Assembly (NCBI RefSeq): GCF_001457595.1
Contig: NZ_LN831039.1
Location: 5,460,001 to 5,492,000 of the forward strand
Direction: 5' to 3'
Length of the DNA stretch: 32,000 nt
DNA from: Mycolicibacterium smegmatis
GTDB lineage: Bacteria > Actinomycetota > Actinomycetes > Mycobacteriales > Mycobacteriaceae
Shown here: positions 18,580-28,561 of the stretch, piece by piece
Layout: the number at the start of each line of letters is the position of its first letter
Numbering within the stretch: the first letter of the stretch is position 1
Translations under genes and position numbers: made by a program
The notes under the pieces: generated by a model
Database searches by the model: none
The model's input: the letters and a program-made list of their open reading frames with translations, nothing else
What the model was told of the DNA's origin: nothing

Positions 18580-20726
18580 TGCCAGTCCACACCGCCCACC
18601 AGGCGGTCTCCAACCACGCGAACCCCAAACCCACCAGCCAGGTTCAGGGCGGGTTGCTCGACCCAACAATGTTGTGGCGTTCGCTGCCCGACGCGCTGCG
18701 CAAGCTGAACCCGCGCACCCTGTGGCGCAACCCGGTGATGTTCATCGTCGAGGTGGGTGCCGTGTGGTCCACGATCCTCGCGGGTGTGAACCCCACTTGG
18801 TTCGGTTGGCTGATCGTGGCGTGGCTGTGGCTGACCGTGGTGTTCGCCAACGTCGCCGAGGCCGTCGCCGAGGGCCGCGGCAAGGCCCAGGCCGAGTCGA
18901 TGCGCAAGACCAAGGCCGACACCATGGCACGCCGGCTCACCGAGTCGGGCGCCGAGGAAGCTGTCCCGGCACCGCAACTGCGGCAGGGTGACATCGTCGT
19001 CGTGGAAGCCGGCCAGACCATCCCGGGCGACGGTGACGTCGTCGAAGGCATTGCCTCGGTCGACGAATCGGCCATCACCGGCGAATCCGCCCCGGTCATC
19101 CGGGAATCGGGTGGCGACCGTTCGGCGGTCACGGGCGGCACCACGGTGCTCAGCGACCGCATCGTCGTGCGCATCACCCAGAAACCGGGCGAGAGCTTCA
19201 TCGACCGCATGATCGCGCTGGTCGAGGGCGCCAACCGGCAGAAGACACCCAACGAGATCGCGCTGAACATCCTGCTCGCCGCGCTGACCATCATCTTCGT
19301 GTTCGCCGTCGCAACCCTGCAACCCTTGGCGATCTACGCCAAGGCCAACAACCCGGGTGTGCCGGACAGTCTGGCGCTCACCGGCAACGGGATCAGCGGC
19401 ATTGTCATGGTGGCGCTGCTGGTGTGCCTGATCCCGACGACCATCGGCGCGCTGCTGTCGGCCATCGGCATCGCCGGTATGGACCGGTTGGTGCAACGCA
19501 ACGTGCTCGCGATGTCGGGCCGCGCGGTCGAGGCCGCGGGTGACGTCAACACGCTGCTGCTGGACAAGACCGGCACCATCACGCTGGGCAACCGGCAGGC
19601 CGCGGCGTTCGTACCGCTGACCGGCGTGACACCCGAATCCCTCGCCGACGCCGCACAGCTGTCGAGCCTGGCCGACGAAACCCCCGAGGGCCGTTCGATC
19701 GTCGTGTTCGCCAAGCGCGAGTTCGGGTTACGCGCCCGCACCCCGGGCGAACTCGCCGAGGCGCACTGGATCGAATTCAGCGCCACCACGAGGATGTCCG
19801 GCGTCAACCTTGGCGAGCACCGCCTGCGTAAGGGCGCCGCCGCGGCGGTCGTCGACTGGGTCCGCGGCGAGGGCGGCACCGTACCGGTCGAGTTGTTCGA
19901 CGTCGTCGACGCGATCTCACACGCCGGCGGCACACCCCTGGTGGTCGGGCACGTCATCACCGACGACACCGACCCCAAGCGGGCCGAGGTGCTCGGCGTC
20001 ATCCACCTCAAAGACGTTGTCAAGCAAGGCATGAAGCAGCGTTTCGACGAAATGCGGCGCATGGGGATCCGCACCGTGATGATCACCGGCGACAACCCGT
20101 TGACGGCCAAGGCCATCGCCGACGAGGCCGGAGTCGACGACTTCCTCGCCGAGGCCACCCCGGAGGACAAACTCGCGCTGATCAAGCAGGAGCAGGCCGG
20201 TGGGCGTCTGGTCGCGATGACCGGCGACGGCACCAACGACGCACCCGCCCTGGCGCAGGCCGACGTGGGCGTCGCGATGAACACCGGCACGTCGGCGGCC
20301 AAGGAGGCCGGCAACATGGTCGATCTGGATTCCGACCCGACCAAGCTCATTGAGATCGTGGAGATCGGCAAGCAGTTGCTGATCACGCGTGGTGCACTGA
20401 CGACGTTCTCGATCTCCAACGACATCGCGAAGTACTTCGCGATCATCCCGGCGTTGTTCGTCGGCCTGTTCCCCGGACTGGACCTGCTGAACATCATGCG
20501 GTTGCACAGCCCGCAATCGGCGATCCTGTCGGCGGTGATCTTCAACGCGATCGTGATCGTCGCTCTGATCCCGTTGGCCCTCAAGGGTGTCCGCTACACC
20601 CCGAGCAGCGCGGCGAAACTGCTCAGCCGCAACCTCTACATCTACGGCCTCGGCGGCATCATCGCGCCGTTCCTCGGCATCAAACTCATCGACCTGGTAG
20701 TCCAACTTCTCCCCGGGATGTCCTGA
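18579..20726 (+). CDS. kdpB: potassium-transporting ATPase ATP-binding subunit KdpB
   Basis: [49 protein letters not shown] and [44 protein letters not shown]; ATG at 18579 overlaps the kdpA stop. Confidence 0.97.
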   Translation: MPVHTAHQAVSNHANPKPTSQVQGGLLDPTMLWRSLPDALRKLNPRTLWRNPVMFIVEVGAVWSTILAGVNPTWFGWLIVAWLWLTVVFANVAEAVAEGRGKAQAESMRKTKADTMARRLTESGAEEAVPAPQLRQGDIVVVEAGQTIPGDGDVVEGIASVDESAITGESAPVIRESGGDRSAVTGGTTVLSDRIVVRITQKPGESFIDRMIALVEGANRQKTPNEIALNILLAALTIIFVFAVATLQPLAIYAKANNPGVPDSLALTGNGISGIVMVALLVCLIPTTIGALLSAIGIAGMDRLVQRNVLAMSGRAVEAAGDVNTLLLDKTGTITLGNRQAAAFVPLTGVTPESLADAAQLSSLADETPEGRSIVVFAKREFGLRARTPGELAEAHWIEFSATTRMSGVNLGEHRLRKGAAAAVVDWVRGEGGTVPVELFDVVDAISHAGGTPLVVGHVITDDTDPKRAEVLGVIHLKDVVKQGMKQRFDEMRRMGIRTVMITGDNPLTAKAIADEAGVDDFLAEATPEDKLALIKQEQAGGRLVAMTGDGTNDAPALAQADVGVAMNTGTSAAKEAGNMVDLDSDPTKLIEIVEIGKQLLITRGALTTFSISNDIAKYFAIIPALFVGLFPGLDLLNIMRLHSPQSAILSAVIFNAIVIVALIPLALKGVRYTPSSAAKLLSRNLYIYGLGGIIAPFLGIKLIDLVVQLLPGMS

Positions 20727-20727
20727 C

Positions 20728-21594
20728 ATGTCTTTCACCAACATCGTCCGCCAACACACCGCCGCGCTGCGGGCGCTGCTGGCGCTCACCGTGGTCCTCG
20801 GCCTCGGCTACCCGGTGTTCATCTGGCTGGTGGCCCAACTACCCGGGCTGCAGGACAAGGCCGACGGATCGATCATCGAGGTGGCCGGAAAATCGGTGGG
20901 CAGCAGCCTGATCGGGCAGTCGTTCACCGACGCCGACGGCAACCCGCTGCCGCAGTACTTCCAGCCCCGCCCGTCTGCCGCCGGTGACGGATACGACCCG
21001 ATGGCCACCAGCGCCAGCAATCTGGGACCGGAAAGCGTCATCGACCAACCGGACAAACCCAGCCTGCTGACCCAGGTGTGCCAGCGCAGTCGAGCGGTCG
21101 GGGACGTCGACGGGATCAGCGGTGCGCGGCCGTTCTGCACGCCGGCCGGCGTGGGTGCGGTGCTGTCGGTGATCGGACCGCGTGATTCGCACGGCAACGT
21201 GATCACGCCCACGCGGGTGGTCAGCGTCAACGAACCGTGCGCGGACACCAAGGCCCCGTTCCTCTACACGTACGAAGGTGTACGGGTCGAGTGCGCCGAA
21301 CCCGGCGAGAACTACGCGGTGGGCCAGATCGTGCCCGTCCGCGGGACCGCCGCACCGCAGGTGCCTGCCGACGCGGTCACCGCGAGCGGCAGCGGGCTCG
21401 ACCCGGACATCTCCCCCGCCTACGCCGACCTGCAGGTGAACCGCATCGCCTCAGCACGCGGCGTGGACCCGCAACGGGTACGCGAGTTGGTGGCCCAGCA
21501 CACCGAGGGCCGCACGCTGGGATTTCTCGGTGAACCACGGGTGAACGTGCTGGAACTCAACATCGCTCTCGACACCCTGGCCGCGCATGGATGA
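20728..21594 (+). CDS. kdpC: potassium-transporting ATPase subunit KdpC
   Basis: LALTVVLGLGYPVFIWLVAQ, GSSLIGQSF, YFQPRPSAAG.YD, SGSGLDPDISPAYADLQVNRIASARG. Confidence 0.95.
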   Translation: MSFTNIVRQHTAALRALLALTVVLGLGYPVFIWLVAQLPGLQDKADGSIIEVAGKSVGSSLIGQSFTDADGNPLPQYFQPRPSAAGDGYDPMATSASNLGPESVIDQPDKPSLLTQVCQRSRAVGDVDGISGARPFCTPAGVGAVLSVIGPRDSHGNVITPTRVVSVNEPCADTKAPFLYTYEGVRVECAEPGENYAVGQIVPVRGTAAPQVPADAVTASGSGLDPDISPAYADLQVNRIASARGVDPQRVRELVAQHTEGRTLGFLGEPRVNVLELNIALDTLAAHG

Positions 21595-24121
21595 TGGTCA
21601 TGTGACTACGCGGGCGTCGAACGCCTCGAAGCGCGGCGAGCTGCGCATCTACCTGGGTGCCGCGCCCGGCGTGGGAAAGACGTACGCGATGCTCGGGGAG
21701 GCGCACCGCCGGCTCGACCGCGGGACCGACCTGGTGGCCGCTGTCGTCGAGACCCACGGACGCAAGAACACCGCAGAGCTCCTCGCCGGCATCGAGGTCA
21801 TTCCGCCGCGGTACATCGAGTACCGCGGCGGCCGGTTCCCCGAGCTGGATGTGCCCGCGGTGCTGGACCGCAAACCGCAGGTGGTGCTGGTCGACGAACT
21901 CGCGCACACCAACACCCCCGGCAGCAAGAACGCGAAACGCTGGCAAGACGTCGACGAGTTGCTCAACGCCGGGATCACCGTGATCTCGACGGTGAACGTG
22001 CAGCACCTCGAAAGCCTCAACGACGTCGTCGCGGCGATCACCGGCATCGAACAGCAGGAGACGGTACCCGACGAGGTGGTGCGTTCGGCCGACCAGATCG
22101 AACTGGTCGACATCACTCCGGAGGCGTTGCGGCGCCGGCTGTCTCACGGCAACGTGTATGCACCCGAGCGGATCGACGCCGCGCTGTCGAACTACTTCCG
22201 GCGGGGAAACCTCACGGCGCTGCGGGAATTGGCACTGCTGTGGCTGGCCGATCAGGTCGACGCGGCGCTGGCCAAGTACCGGGCCGACAACAAGATCACC
22301 GCGTTGTGGGAAACCCGCGAACGTGTCGTCGTCGCGGTCACCGGCGGAACGGAGTCGGAAACGTTGGTGCGCCGCGCGTTCCGCATCGCGTCGAAGTCCA
22401 GCGCCGAACTCATGGTGGTCCATGTGGTTCATGGCGACGGACTCACGGGCATCTCGGCTGCCCAGATGGGCAAAGTGCGTGAACTCGCGGTGAGCCTCGG
22501 CGCCACGGTGCACACCGTCGTCGGTGATGACGTGCCCACTGCGCTGTTGGACTTCGCGCGTGACATCAACGCCACCCAGTTGGTGCTCGGCACATCCCGT
22601 CGGTCGCGGTGGGCGCGGATGTTCGACGAGGGCATCGGGGCGACCGTCGTGCAGCAGTCCCAAAAGATCGATGTCCACATGGTGACCCACGAAGCCGCCA
22701 AACGCGGATTCCGTTGGTCCTCGACCTCACCACGGCAGAGGCACGCGGCCTCGTGGGCCGCAGCGCTGATGGTGCCATCCCTGATCTGCGCGTTCTCGGT
22801 CGCGATTCTCGATCCGTTCCTTGACGTCGGCGGCAAGAGCGCACTGTTTTTCGTCGGAGTGCTGGTGGTCGCCCTACTCGGCGGTGTCGCTCCCGCGGCG
22901 TTGTCGGCCGTGTTGTCCGGACTGCTGCTCAACTACTTCCTGACCAGCCCACGACACACGTTCACCATGTCCGATCCGGACAGCGCGCTCACCATCGTCG
23001 TGCTGCTCGCGGTGGCAGTCGCCGTCGCGGCCCTCGTGGACGGTGCGGCCAAACGGGCCCGGGAGGCCCGCCACGCGTCGCGGGAGGCCGAACTGCTCGC
23101 ACTGTTCGCCGGATCGGTGCTGCGCGGCGCCGATCTCACGGCACTGCTGGAGCGTGTCCGCGAAACCTACGCGCAACGTGCGGTGAGTCTGTTGCGTGAA
23201 ACATCTGATGGCGCAACCATCGTCGACTGCGTCGGTCAGGATCCGTGTGACCGCGTCGCCGCCGCCGACACCGCAGTGGAGGCCGGAGACGAGTTTTGGC
23301 TGCTGCTCTCCGGCCGGGAGTTGCCCGCACGCGACAGGCGTGTGTTGGGCGCGGTCGCCAACCAGGCCGCAGGACTGGTCCGCCAACGCGAACTCACCGA
23401 AGAGGCCGCGAAGGCCAACGCGATCGCGAAAGCCGACGAGTTGAGCCGCTCACTGCTGTCGGCGGTGAGCCACGACCTGCGCACCCCACTGGCCGCCGCC
23501 AAGGCCGCCGCGTCGAGTCTGCGCAGCTGCGACATCGACTTCTCTGCCGAGGACACCGCCGAATTGCTCGCCACCATCGAGGAATCCGTCGATGCGCTCA
23601 CGGCACTCGTCGGCAATCTGCTCGACTCCTCACGGTTGGCCGCCGGGGTGATCCACCCCGAGTTGAGGCCGGTGTATCTGGAGGAGACGGTGCAACGTGC
23701 ACTGCTCGGAATCCGTCGCGGCCCCACCGGTTACGGCCGCTCCGCCGTGGACCGGGTAAAGGTCGAGGTGGGTGACTCGGTGGCACTGGCCGACGGCGGC
23801 CTGCTCGAGCGCGTGCTGGCCAACCTGATCGACAACGCCCTGCGGTACGCGCCCGACGGTTTGATCCGCGTGACGGCGGGACGCGTCGCGAACAAGGTGC
23901 TGATCGCCGTTGTCGACGAGGGCCCCGGAATTCCACGCGGCGCCGAGGACGCGTTGTTCGCACCCTTCCAACGGCTCGGCGACACGAATACCACCACTGG
24001 TGTGGGCCTGGGACTCTCGGTGGCCAAAGGGTTTGTCGAGGCCATGGGCGGCACCATCTCGGCGGGAGACACCCCGGGCGGCGGGTTGACCGTCGAGATC
24101 GAACTGGCGGTCCCGGCATGA
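21587..24121 (+). CDS. kdpD: sensor histidine kinase KdpD
   Basis: RIYLGAAPGVGKTYAMLGEAHRRLDRG, LAHTNTPGSKNAKRWQDVDELL, H-box LLSAVSHDLRTPLAAAKAAA, GLGLSVAKGFVEAMGG. Confidence 0.97.
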   Translation: MDDGHVTTRASNASKRGELRIYLGAAPGVGKTYAMLGEAHRRLDRGTDLVAAVVETHGRKNTAELLAGIEVIPPRYIEYRGGRFPELDVPAVLDRKPQVVLVDELAHTNTPGSKNAKRWQDVDELLNAGITVISTVNVQHLESLNDVVAAITGIEQQETVPDEVVRSADQIELVDITPEALRRRLSHGNVYAPERIDAALSNYFRRGNLTALRELALLWLADQVDAALAKYRADNKITALWETRERVVVAVTGGTESETLVRRAFRIASKSSAELMVVHVVHGDGLTGISAAQMGKVRELAVSLGATVHTVVGDDVPTALLDFARDINATQLVLGTSRRSRWARMFDEGIGATVVQQSQKIDVHMVTHEAAKRGFRWSSTSPRQRHAASWAAALMVPSLICAFSVAILDPFLDVGGKSALFFVGVLVVALLGGVAPAALSAVLSGLLLNYFLTSPRHTFTMSDPDSALTIVVLLAVAVAVAALVDGAAKRAREARHASREAELLALFAGSVLRGADLTALLERVRETYAQRAVSLLRETSDGATIVDCVGQDPCDRVAAADTAVEAGDEFWLLLSGRELPARDRRVLGAVANQAAGLVRQRELTEEAAKANAIAKADELSRSLLSAVSHDLRTPLAAAKAAASSLRSCDIDFSAEDTAELLATIEESVDALTALVGNLLDSSRLAAGVIHPELRPVYLEETVQRALLGIRRGPTGYGRSAVDRVKVEVGDSVALADGGLLERVLANLIDNALRYAPDGLIRVTAGRVANKVLIAVVDEGPGIPRGAEDALFAPFQRLGDTNTTTGVGLGLSVAKGFVEAMGGTISAGDTPGGGLTVEIELAVPA

Positions 24122-24810
24122 CCGCCCCGATCAAGACCCGCGTGTTGGTGATCGACGACGAACCGCAGATCTTGCGGGCCCTGCGCATCAACCTGTCGGT
24201 ACGAGGCTACGAGGTGCGCACCGCGGCAAGCGGCGCCGAGGCGTTGCACAGCGCCGCCGACCACCGACCCGACGTCATCGTGCTCGATCTCGGGTTGCCC
24301 GACATGTCCGGGATCGAGGTGCTGCACGGTCTGCGGGGATGGTTGAGCGCCCCGGTGATCGTGCTCTCGGCGCGCACCGACTCCTCCGACAAGGTCGAGG
24401 CCCTCGATGCCGGGGCCGACGACTATGTCACCAAACCCTTTGGCATGGACGAGTTCCTGGCCCGCTTACGCGCGGCCGCGCGTCGCGCCGCGGTGCCCGA
24501 GACCGATCAACCGGTCATCGAGACCACATCGTTCACCGTTGATCTCGCCGCGAAGAAGGTGATCAAGAACGGCGCCGAGGTGCACCTGACGCCCACCGAG
24601 TGGGGCATGCTGGAAATGCTGGTGCGCAACCGCGGCAAGCTCGTCGGCCGCGAGGAACTGCTCCGCGAGGTGTGGGGCCCGGCCTACGCCACCGAGACCC
24701 ACTATTTACGCGTCTACCTCGCGCAGCTTCGCCGTAAGCTCGAAGACGACCCCTCGCACCCGGTGCACCTGCTCACCGAGGCAGGCATGGGTTACCGCTT
24801 CGAGGCGTGA
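24118..24810 (+). CDS. kdpE: OmpR/PhoB-family response regulator KdpE
   Basis: VLVIDDEPQILRALRINLSVRGYEV, DVIVLDLGLPDMSGIEVLHGLR and a winged-helix C-terminus; overlaps the kdpD stop. Confidence 0.95.
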   Translation: MTAPIKTRVLVIDDEPQILRALRINLSVRGYEVRTAASGAEALHSAADHRPDVIVLDLGLPDMSGIEVLHGLRGWLSAPVIVLSARTDSSDKVEALDAGADDYVTKPFGMDEFLARLRAAARRAAVPETDQPVIETTSFTVDLAAKKVIKNGAEVHLTPTEWGMLEMLVRNRGKLVGREELLREVWGPAYATETHYLRVYLAQLRRKLEDDPSHPVHLLTEAGMGYRFEA

Positions 24811-24818
24811 CGTCCCTC

Positions 24819-24880
24819 GCCGAGCAGACATAAAACTGCCCATTTCGGCGCGAAAATGAGCAGTTTTACGTCTGCTCGGC
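24819..24880. terminator. long near-perfect hairpin between convergent kdpE and recQ
   Basis: GCCGAGCAGACATAAAACTGCCCATTTCG...CGAAAATGAGCAGTTTTACGTCTGCTCGGC; ~30-nt arms with a few mismatches, A/T runs on both strands. Confidence 0.75.
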
Positions 24881-26479
24881 AGAGGAAATCTCCAGCACCG
24901 ACGTCTCGTTGATCGCGTCCACGGACAGCACGCGGTAGCCGTAGAAGTCGAACAGGGCCGTGAGCCGGTCTTCGTCGCCGTCGAGGATCACGCCGGGTCC
25001 CCATTCACGGTGCTCGACGGGTGTGCCCGGTGCGATCGCGGGCGTGCCCGAACTCGTCGGCCTCGAATCGTCGCGGCAGCGATCGCAATTGCCGCAGGGC
25101 CGCGGCAGGTGATCGCCGAAGTACGCCAGCAGGAACTGCCGCCGGCAGTCCGGGGTCTCGGCATAGGACCGCATCATCTCCACGCGGGTGCGGTCGACGC
25201 GTTCGGAGATCTCGGACATCTCGACGGCCTTGCGCACCGCCTCGTCGGGGCCCAGACCCGTCGTCGAGAAGCCCGCCCGCCCGGAGGTGACGGCGCCGGC
25301 GCGCTCCAACAGGTTCACCGCCGAGGTCACGCTCCGCCCACCTGAACCCAGGGCCGCACGAAGATCTTTCAGTCGCTTGGGCCCACCGCCGTCCAGCGCC
25401 GAGTACACCCGGGCCAAAAGCTCCGCGTCGGCGTTGTGCGTGGCGAAGAAGGTGCCAAGCGAGAGATCCTCCGCACGGTAGTGGAGCACGGCCGAAGCGG
25501 GTTCGTCGTCGCGGCCGGCGCGGCCGATCTGCTGGTAGTAGGTGTCTACGGACTCCGGGATCGAGGCATGCACGACGAAGCGGACATTCGGCTTGTCGAT
25601 GCCCATGCCGAACGCCGAGGTCGCGGCCACCACGTCAACCTCGTCGTCGTGGAAACGGCGTTGCACCTCCGCGCGCTCGCGCGCTCGCAACCCCGCGTGA
25701 TACCCGGCCGCCGACACGCCACGGCGGCGGAGTTCCTCGGCGTAGAACTCGACGTCCTTGCGGGTGGCGTAGTACAGCAGTCCCGGCGGTGCCATCTCGG
25801 CGACCGCGTCGAGGACGGCTTGACGCTTCTGCGCGTCGTCGGTGTGTGAGAACACTTCGAGCGCAATGTTGGGCCGGTCGAATCCGCTCGCGATGACGAC
25901 GGGCTTCCGCAGTCCGAGGATGTCGATGACCTCGCGCCGCACCACACCCGACGCCGTTGCGGTGAGCGCCGCCACGGGTGGCCTGCCGAGGCGGTCGATC
26001 GCATCGCGCACCCGTAGATAGGTGGGCCGGAAGTCATGCCCCCACGCCGACACGCAGTGCGCCTCGTCGACCACCACGAATGCCGGTTGTACCTCGGCGA
26101 GCCTGTCCATCACCTCGTCCCTGGCCAACTGCTCGGGTCCGAGGAAGATGTACCGCGCCTGCCCGCCCCGCACGGCGTCCCACGCCCGGTTGAGCTTCGC
26201 GGCGCTCTGCCGGGAGTTGATGGCCACGGCCTGCGGTGCGTCGGTGCGCTCCAGTTGCGCGATCTGGTCGAACTGCAACGCGATCAACGGCGAGATCACC
26301 AGCACTGGGCCGGACAGCAGCACCGCGGGCACCTGATAGATCGCCGACTTGCCGGAACCGGTGGGCATCACCGCCAACACGTCGCTGCCGTCGAGGATCG
26401 CCGACATCGCCTCGAGTTGCTCCGCGCGTAACGACCGCCACCCGAAGACCTCCGCGGCGACGTCCTCCAGGGACCTCAC
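24866..26479 (-). CDS. RecQ-family ATP-dependent DNA helicase
   Basis: MPTGSGKSAIYQVPA, VVDEAHCVSAWGHDFRPTY, TATAS, GIDKPNVRFVVHASIPESVDTYYQQIGRAGRD, and Zn cysteines CRRQFLLAYFGD..CGNCDRC. Start GTG at 26479 is preferred. Confidence 0.9.
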   Translation of the reverse strand: MRSLEDVAAEVFGWRSLRAEQLEAMSAILDGSDVLAVMPTGSGKSAIYQVPAVLLSGPVLVISPLIALQFDQIAQLERTDAPQAVAINSRQSAAKLNRAWDAVRGGQARYIFLGPEQLARDEVMDRLAEVQPAFVVVDEAHCVSAWGHDFRPTYLRVRDAIDRLGRPPVAALTATASGVVRREVIDILGLRKPVVIASGFDRPNIALEVFSHTDDAQKRQAVLDAVAEMAPPGLLYYATRKDVEFYAEELRRRGVSAAGYHAGLRARERAEVQRRFHDDEVDVVAATSAFGMGIDKPNVRFVVHASIPESVDTYYQQIGRAGRDDEPASAVLHYRAEDLSLGTFFATHNADAELLARVYSALDGGGPKRLKDLRAALGSGGRSVTSAVNLLERAGAVTSGRAGFSTTGLGPDEAVRKAVEMSEISERVDRTRVEMMRSYAETPDCRRQFLLAYFGDHLPRPCGNCDRCRDDSRPTSSGTPAIAPGTPVEHREWGPGVILDGDEDRLTALFDFYGYRVLSVDAINETSVLEISSAEQT

Positions 26480-28068
26480 CTGGTGACCAACGACAACACG
26501 GCCTTGCTGAGTTTCCTTCGGGGCCAGCCCAGCACACCGTTGTTGGCCAACGCGGCCTTGGCCGCGTTGCGGCCGCACACCCCGTGCACACCACCACCGG
26601 GATGTGCGCCTGCGCTGCCCAGGAACACGTTGGCGACGGGCGTCTCGGCGGTCCCGAAGCCGGGTACGGGCCGGAAGATCAACTGTTGATACAGCTGTGA
26701 GGTACCGCCGTTGACGGCACCGGTGTGCAGGTTCGCATCGGCGCCCTCAAGGTCGGACGGCCGCTGGACCACGCGGCCGATCACGCGGTCGCCGAAACCG
26801 GGGGCATGCTCTTCGAGGACATGGTCGACGATCTCGGACAGTCTGTCGGCCGACGCATCATCGGCCATGCCTCGCGGTAGATGTGTGTAGGCCCAGGCAC
26901 TTTCGGTTCCGGCCGGTGAGCGGGTGGGATCAGCCGTGGTCATCTGCCCGAACAGCATGAACGGTTGTTGCGGCAGCGTCCTGGTGTTGAGGTCGGCCAT
27001 CCACCGCACGAGCCCGTCGTGGTCCGCGCCGACGTGCACGGTCCCGGCGTCGTTGAGGTTTTTCGAACGCCACGGCACGGGCGCGTCGAGCGCATAGTTG
27101 ATCTTCAGCACGGGTGTGTCCCACACGAATCGGTCGAAACTGCGTCGCACCGCCGCGGGCACGGCGTGTTCGGGTAGCAGGTCGCGGTACAGCCGCGGCG
27201 CCGACGTATCGGCGATGACGGCGCGGCGCACACGCACCGTCGTCCCGTCGGAAACCCGCACACCGACAGCGCGTCCGCCACGCACGTCGATGCCGTCGAC
27301 CCGCCGGTCACATTCGATGCGCGCACCGGCCGAGCGGGCCCGGTTCACCAGCGCTGCGGTCAACTGGCCGGCACCCCCGACCGGCACGGGCCAGCCACCG
27401 TCCTGCGCCATCATGATCAGCAGGTAGCCCATGACCGCGCTGCCCACGCCGTCGATCGGTACGTCGGCGTGCATCGCGTTGCCCAGCAACAACAATCGGG
27501 CAGCCTCGCCGTCGAACAGATGCTCGGCCATGATGCCCGCGGGCATCACGAGCTGTTGCGCCAGCCGCAGGGCCTCGGCGGTACCGAGCTTGCGCAGCAA
27601 TTGCATCAGGCCGGATACCGGCGGGAACGGGGTGAACAGCGACGAGATCAGCCCGTCCTTGATCTTCAGCCACTGTTCGAACAGATCGCACCAGCGCCGG
27701 CCGTCTCCGGCGTGATGACGGTCCAACTCGGCCGCGGTGCGGTCGATGTCGCGGTAGATCATCGGCGCGTCGTCGTCGGCCGCGGACCGGGGATGGCCCA
27801 CCACAGCGGGTGCATGTGTCCACCGCAGGCCGTGGTCTTCGAGGTTCAACGCCCGCAGCGCGGGCGAGGCGACCGACAACGGGTAGAACGCGCTGAACAG
27901 ATCACTCGTGTAACCGGGCACCAGTTCGGCGCTCTTGACCGCGCCGCCGGGTTCGGGTTGGGCCTCCAGAACCAGCACGTCCCAGCCGGCGTCGGCCAGC
28001 ATCGCGGCCGCGACCAGGCCGTTGTGGCCGGCGCCGATCACCACCGCATCTGCGCTGTCGCGGCTCAT
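26476..28068 (-). CDS. NAD(P)/FAD-dependent oxidoreductase (phytoene desaturase-like)
   Basis: ADAVVIGAGHNGLVAAAMLADAGWDVLVLEAQPEPGGAVKSAEL N-terminus and GSAGAHPGGGVHGVCGRNAAKAAL C-terminal FAD motif. Confidence 0.88.
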   Translation of the reverse strand: MSRDSADAVVIGAGHNGLVAAAMLADAGWDVLVLEAQPEPGGAVKSAELVPGYTSDLFSAFYPLSVASPALRALNLEDHGLRWTHAPAVVGHPRSAADDDAPMIYRDIDRTAAELDRHHAGDGRRWCDLFEQWLKIKDGLISSLFTPFPPVSGLMQLLRKLGTAEALRLAQQLVMPAGIMAEHLFDGEAARLLLLGNAMHADVPIDGVGSAVMGYLLIMMAQDGGWPVPVGGAGQLTAALVNRARSAGARIECDRRVDGIDVRGGRAVGVRVSDGTTVRVRRAVIADTSAPRLYRDLLPEHAVPAAVRRSFDRFVWDTPVLKINYALDAPVPWRSKNLNDAGTVHVGADHDGLVRWMADLNTRTLPQQPFMLFGQMTTADPTRSPAGTESAWAYTHLPRGMADDASADRLSEIVDHVLEEHAPGFGDRVIGRVVQRPSDLEGADANLHTGAVNGGTSQLYQQLIFRPVPGFGTAETPVANVFLGSAGAHPGGGVHGVCGRNAAKAALANNGVLGWPRRKLSKAVLSLVTR

Positions 28069-28544
28069 TCCGGCTCGGGCCGGCGCTCGGCGAGCGCCAC
28101 GAGTCGCGCCGTGCACTCCCGGTTCCTCGGGAACGCAGCAAGCAACGCGAGGCGGCGCGGCACCCAGTCGAGCGGCCCGCCGATCGGCACCTCGGCCATC
28201 TCGACACGGCACCCGCCGTCGGGAAGATCGTGCAGCCGCATGACGATTCGCGCCTTGCCGAACGGACGCCCCTTGGCATGCAGGATCAGTTCCTCACCGG
28301 GGGTGCATGATTCGACGACCGTCTCGTCGTTGACCACGACCGGCCACACCCCGATGGTGTGGTGGATGGTGGAGCCCGGTGCGGGCCAGTTGGGGTCGAC
28401 GGCACGCATGCGTGTATTGCCCACCACCCACTGCGAATACGTCCAGCCGTCGGCGATGACGTCCCAGACTTGTTGACGCGTGGCTGTCGTGTCCCGTTTG
28501 ACGGTCAGCGAGCTGTCCACCGCGGCCGGAGATGATTCCTCCAT
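28065..28544 (-). CDS. SRPBCC (START/Bet v1-like) family protein
   Basis: VKRDTTATRQQVWDVIADGWTYSQWVVGNTRMRAVDPNWPAPGSTIHHTIGVWP; start ATG at 28544. Confidence 0.8.
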   Translation of the reverse strand: MEESSPAAVDSSLTVKRDTTATRQQVWDVIADGWTYSQWVVGNTRMRAVDPNWPAPGSTIHHTIGVWPVVVNDETVVESCTPGEELILHAKGRPFGKARIVMRLHDLPDGGCRVEMAEVPIGGPLDWVPRRLALLAAFPRNRECTARLVALAERRPEPE

Positions 28545-28561
28545 AACCCCTTGCTCCTTCA

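Noticed and set aside
16906-18669. 587-aa minus-strand ORF and 19334..20584 / 18573..19496 minus ORFs
   Set aside because: Antisense shadows of kdpA/kdpB.
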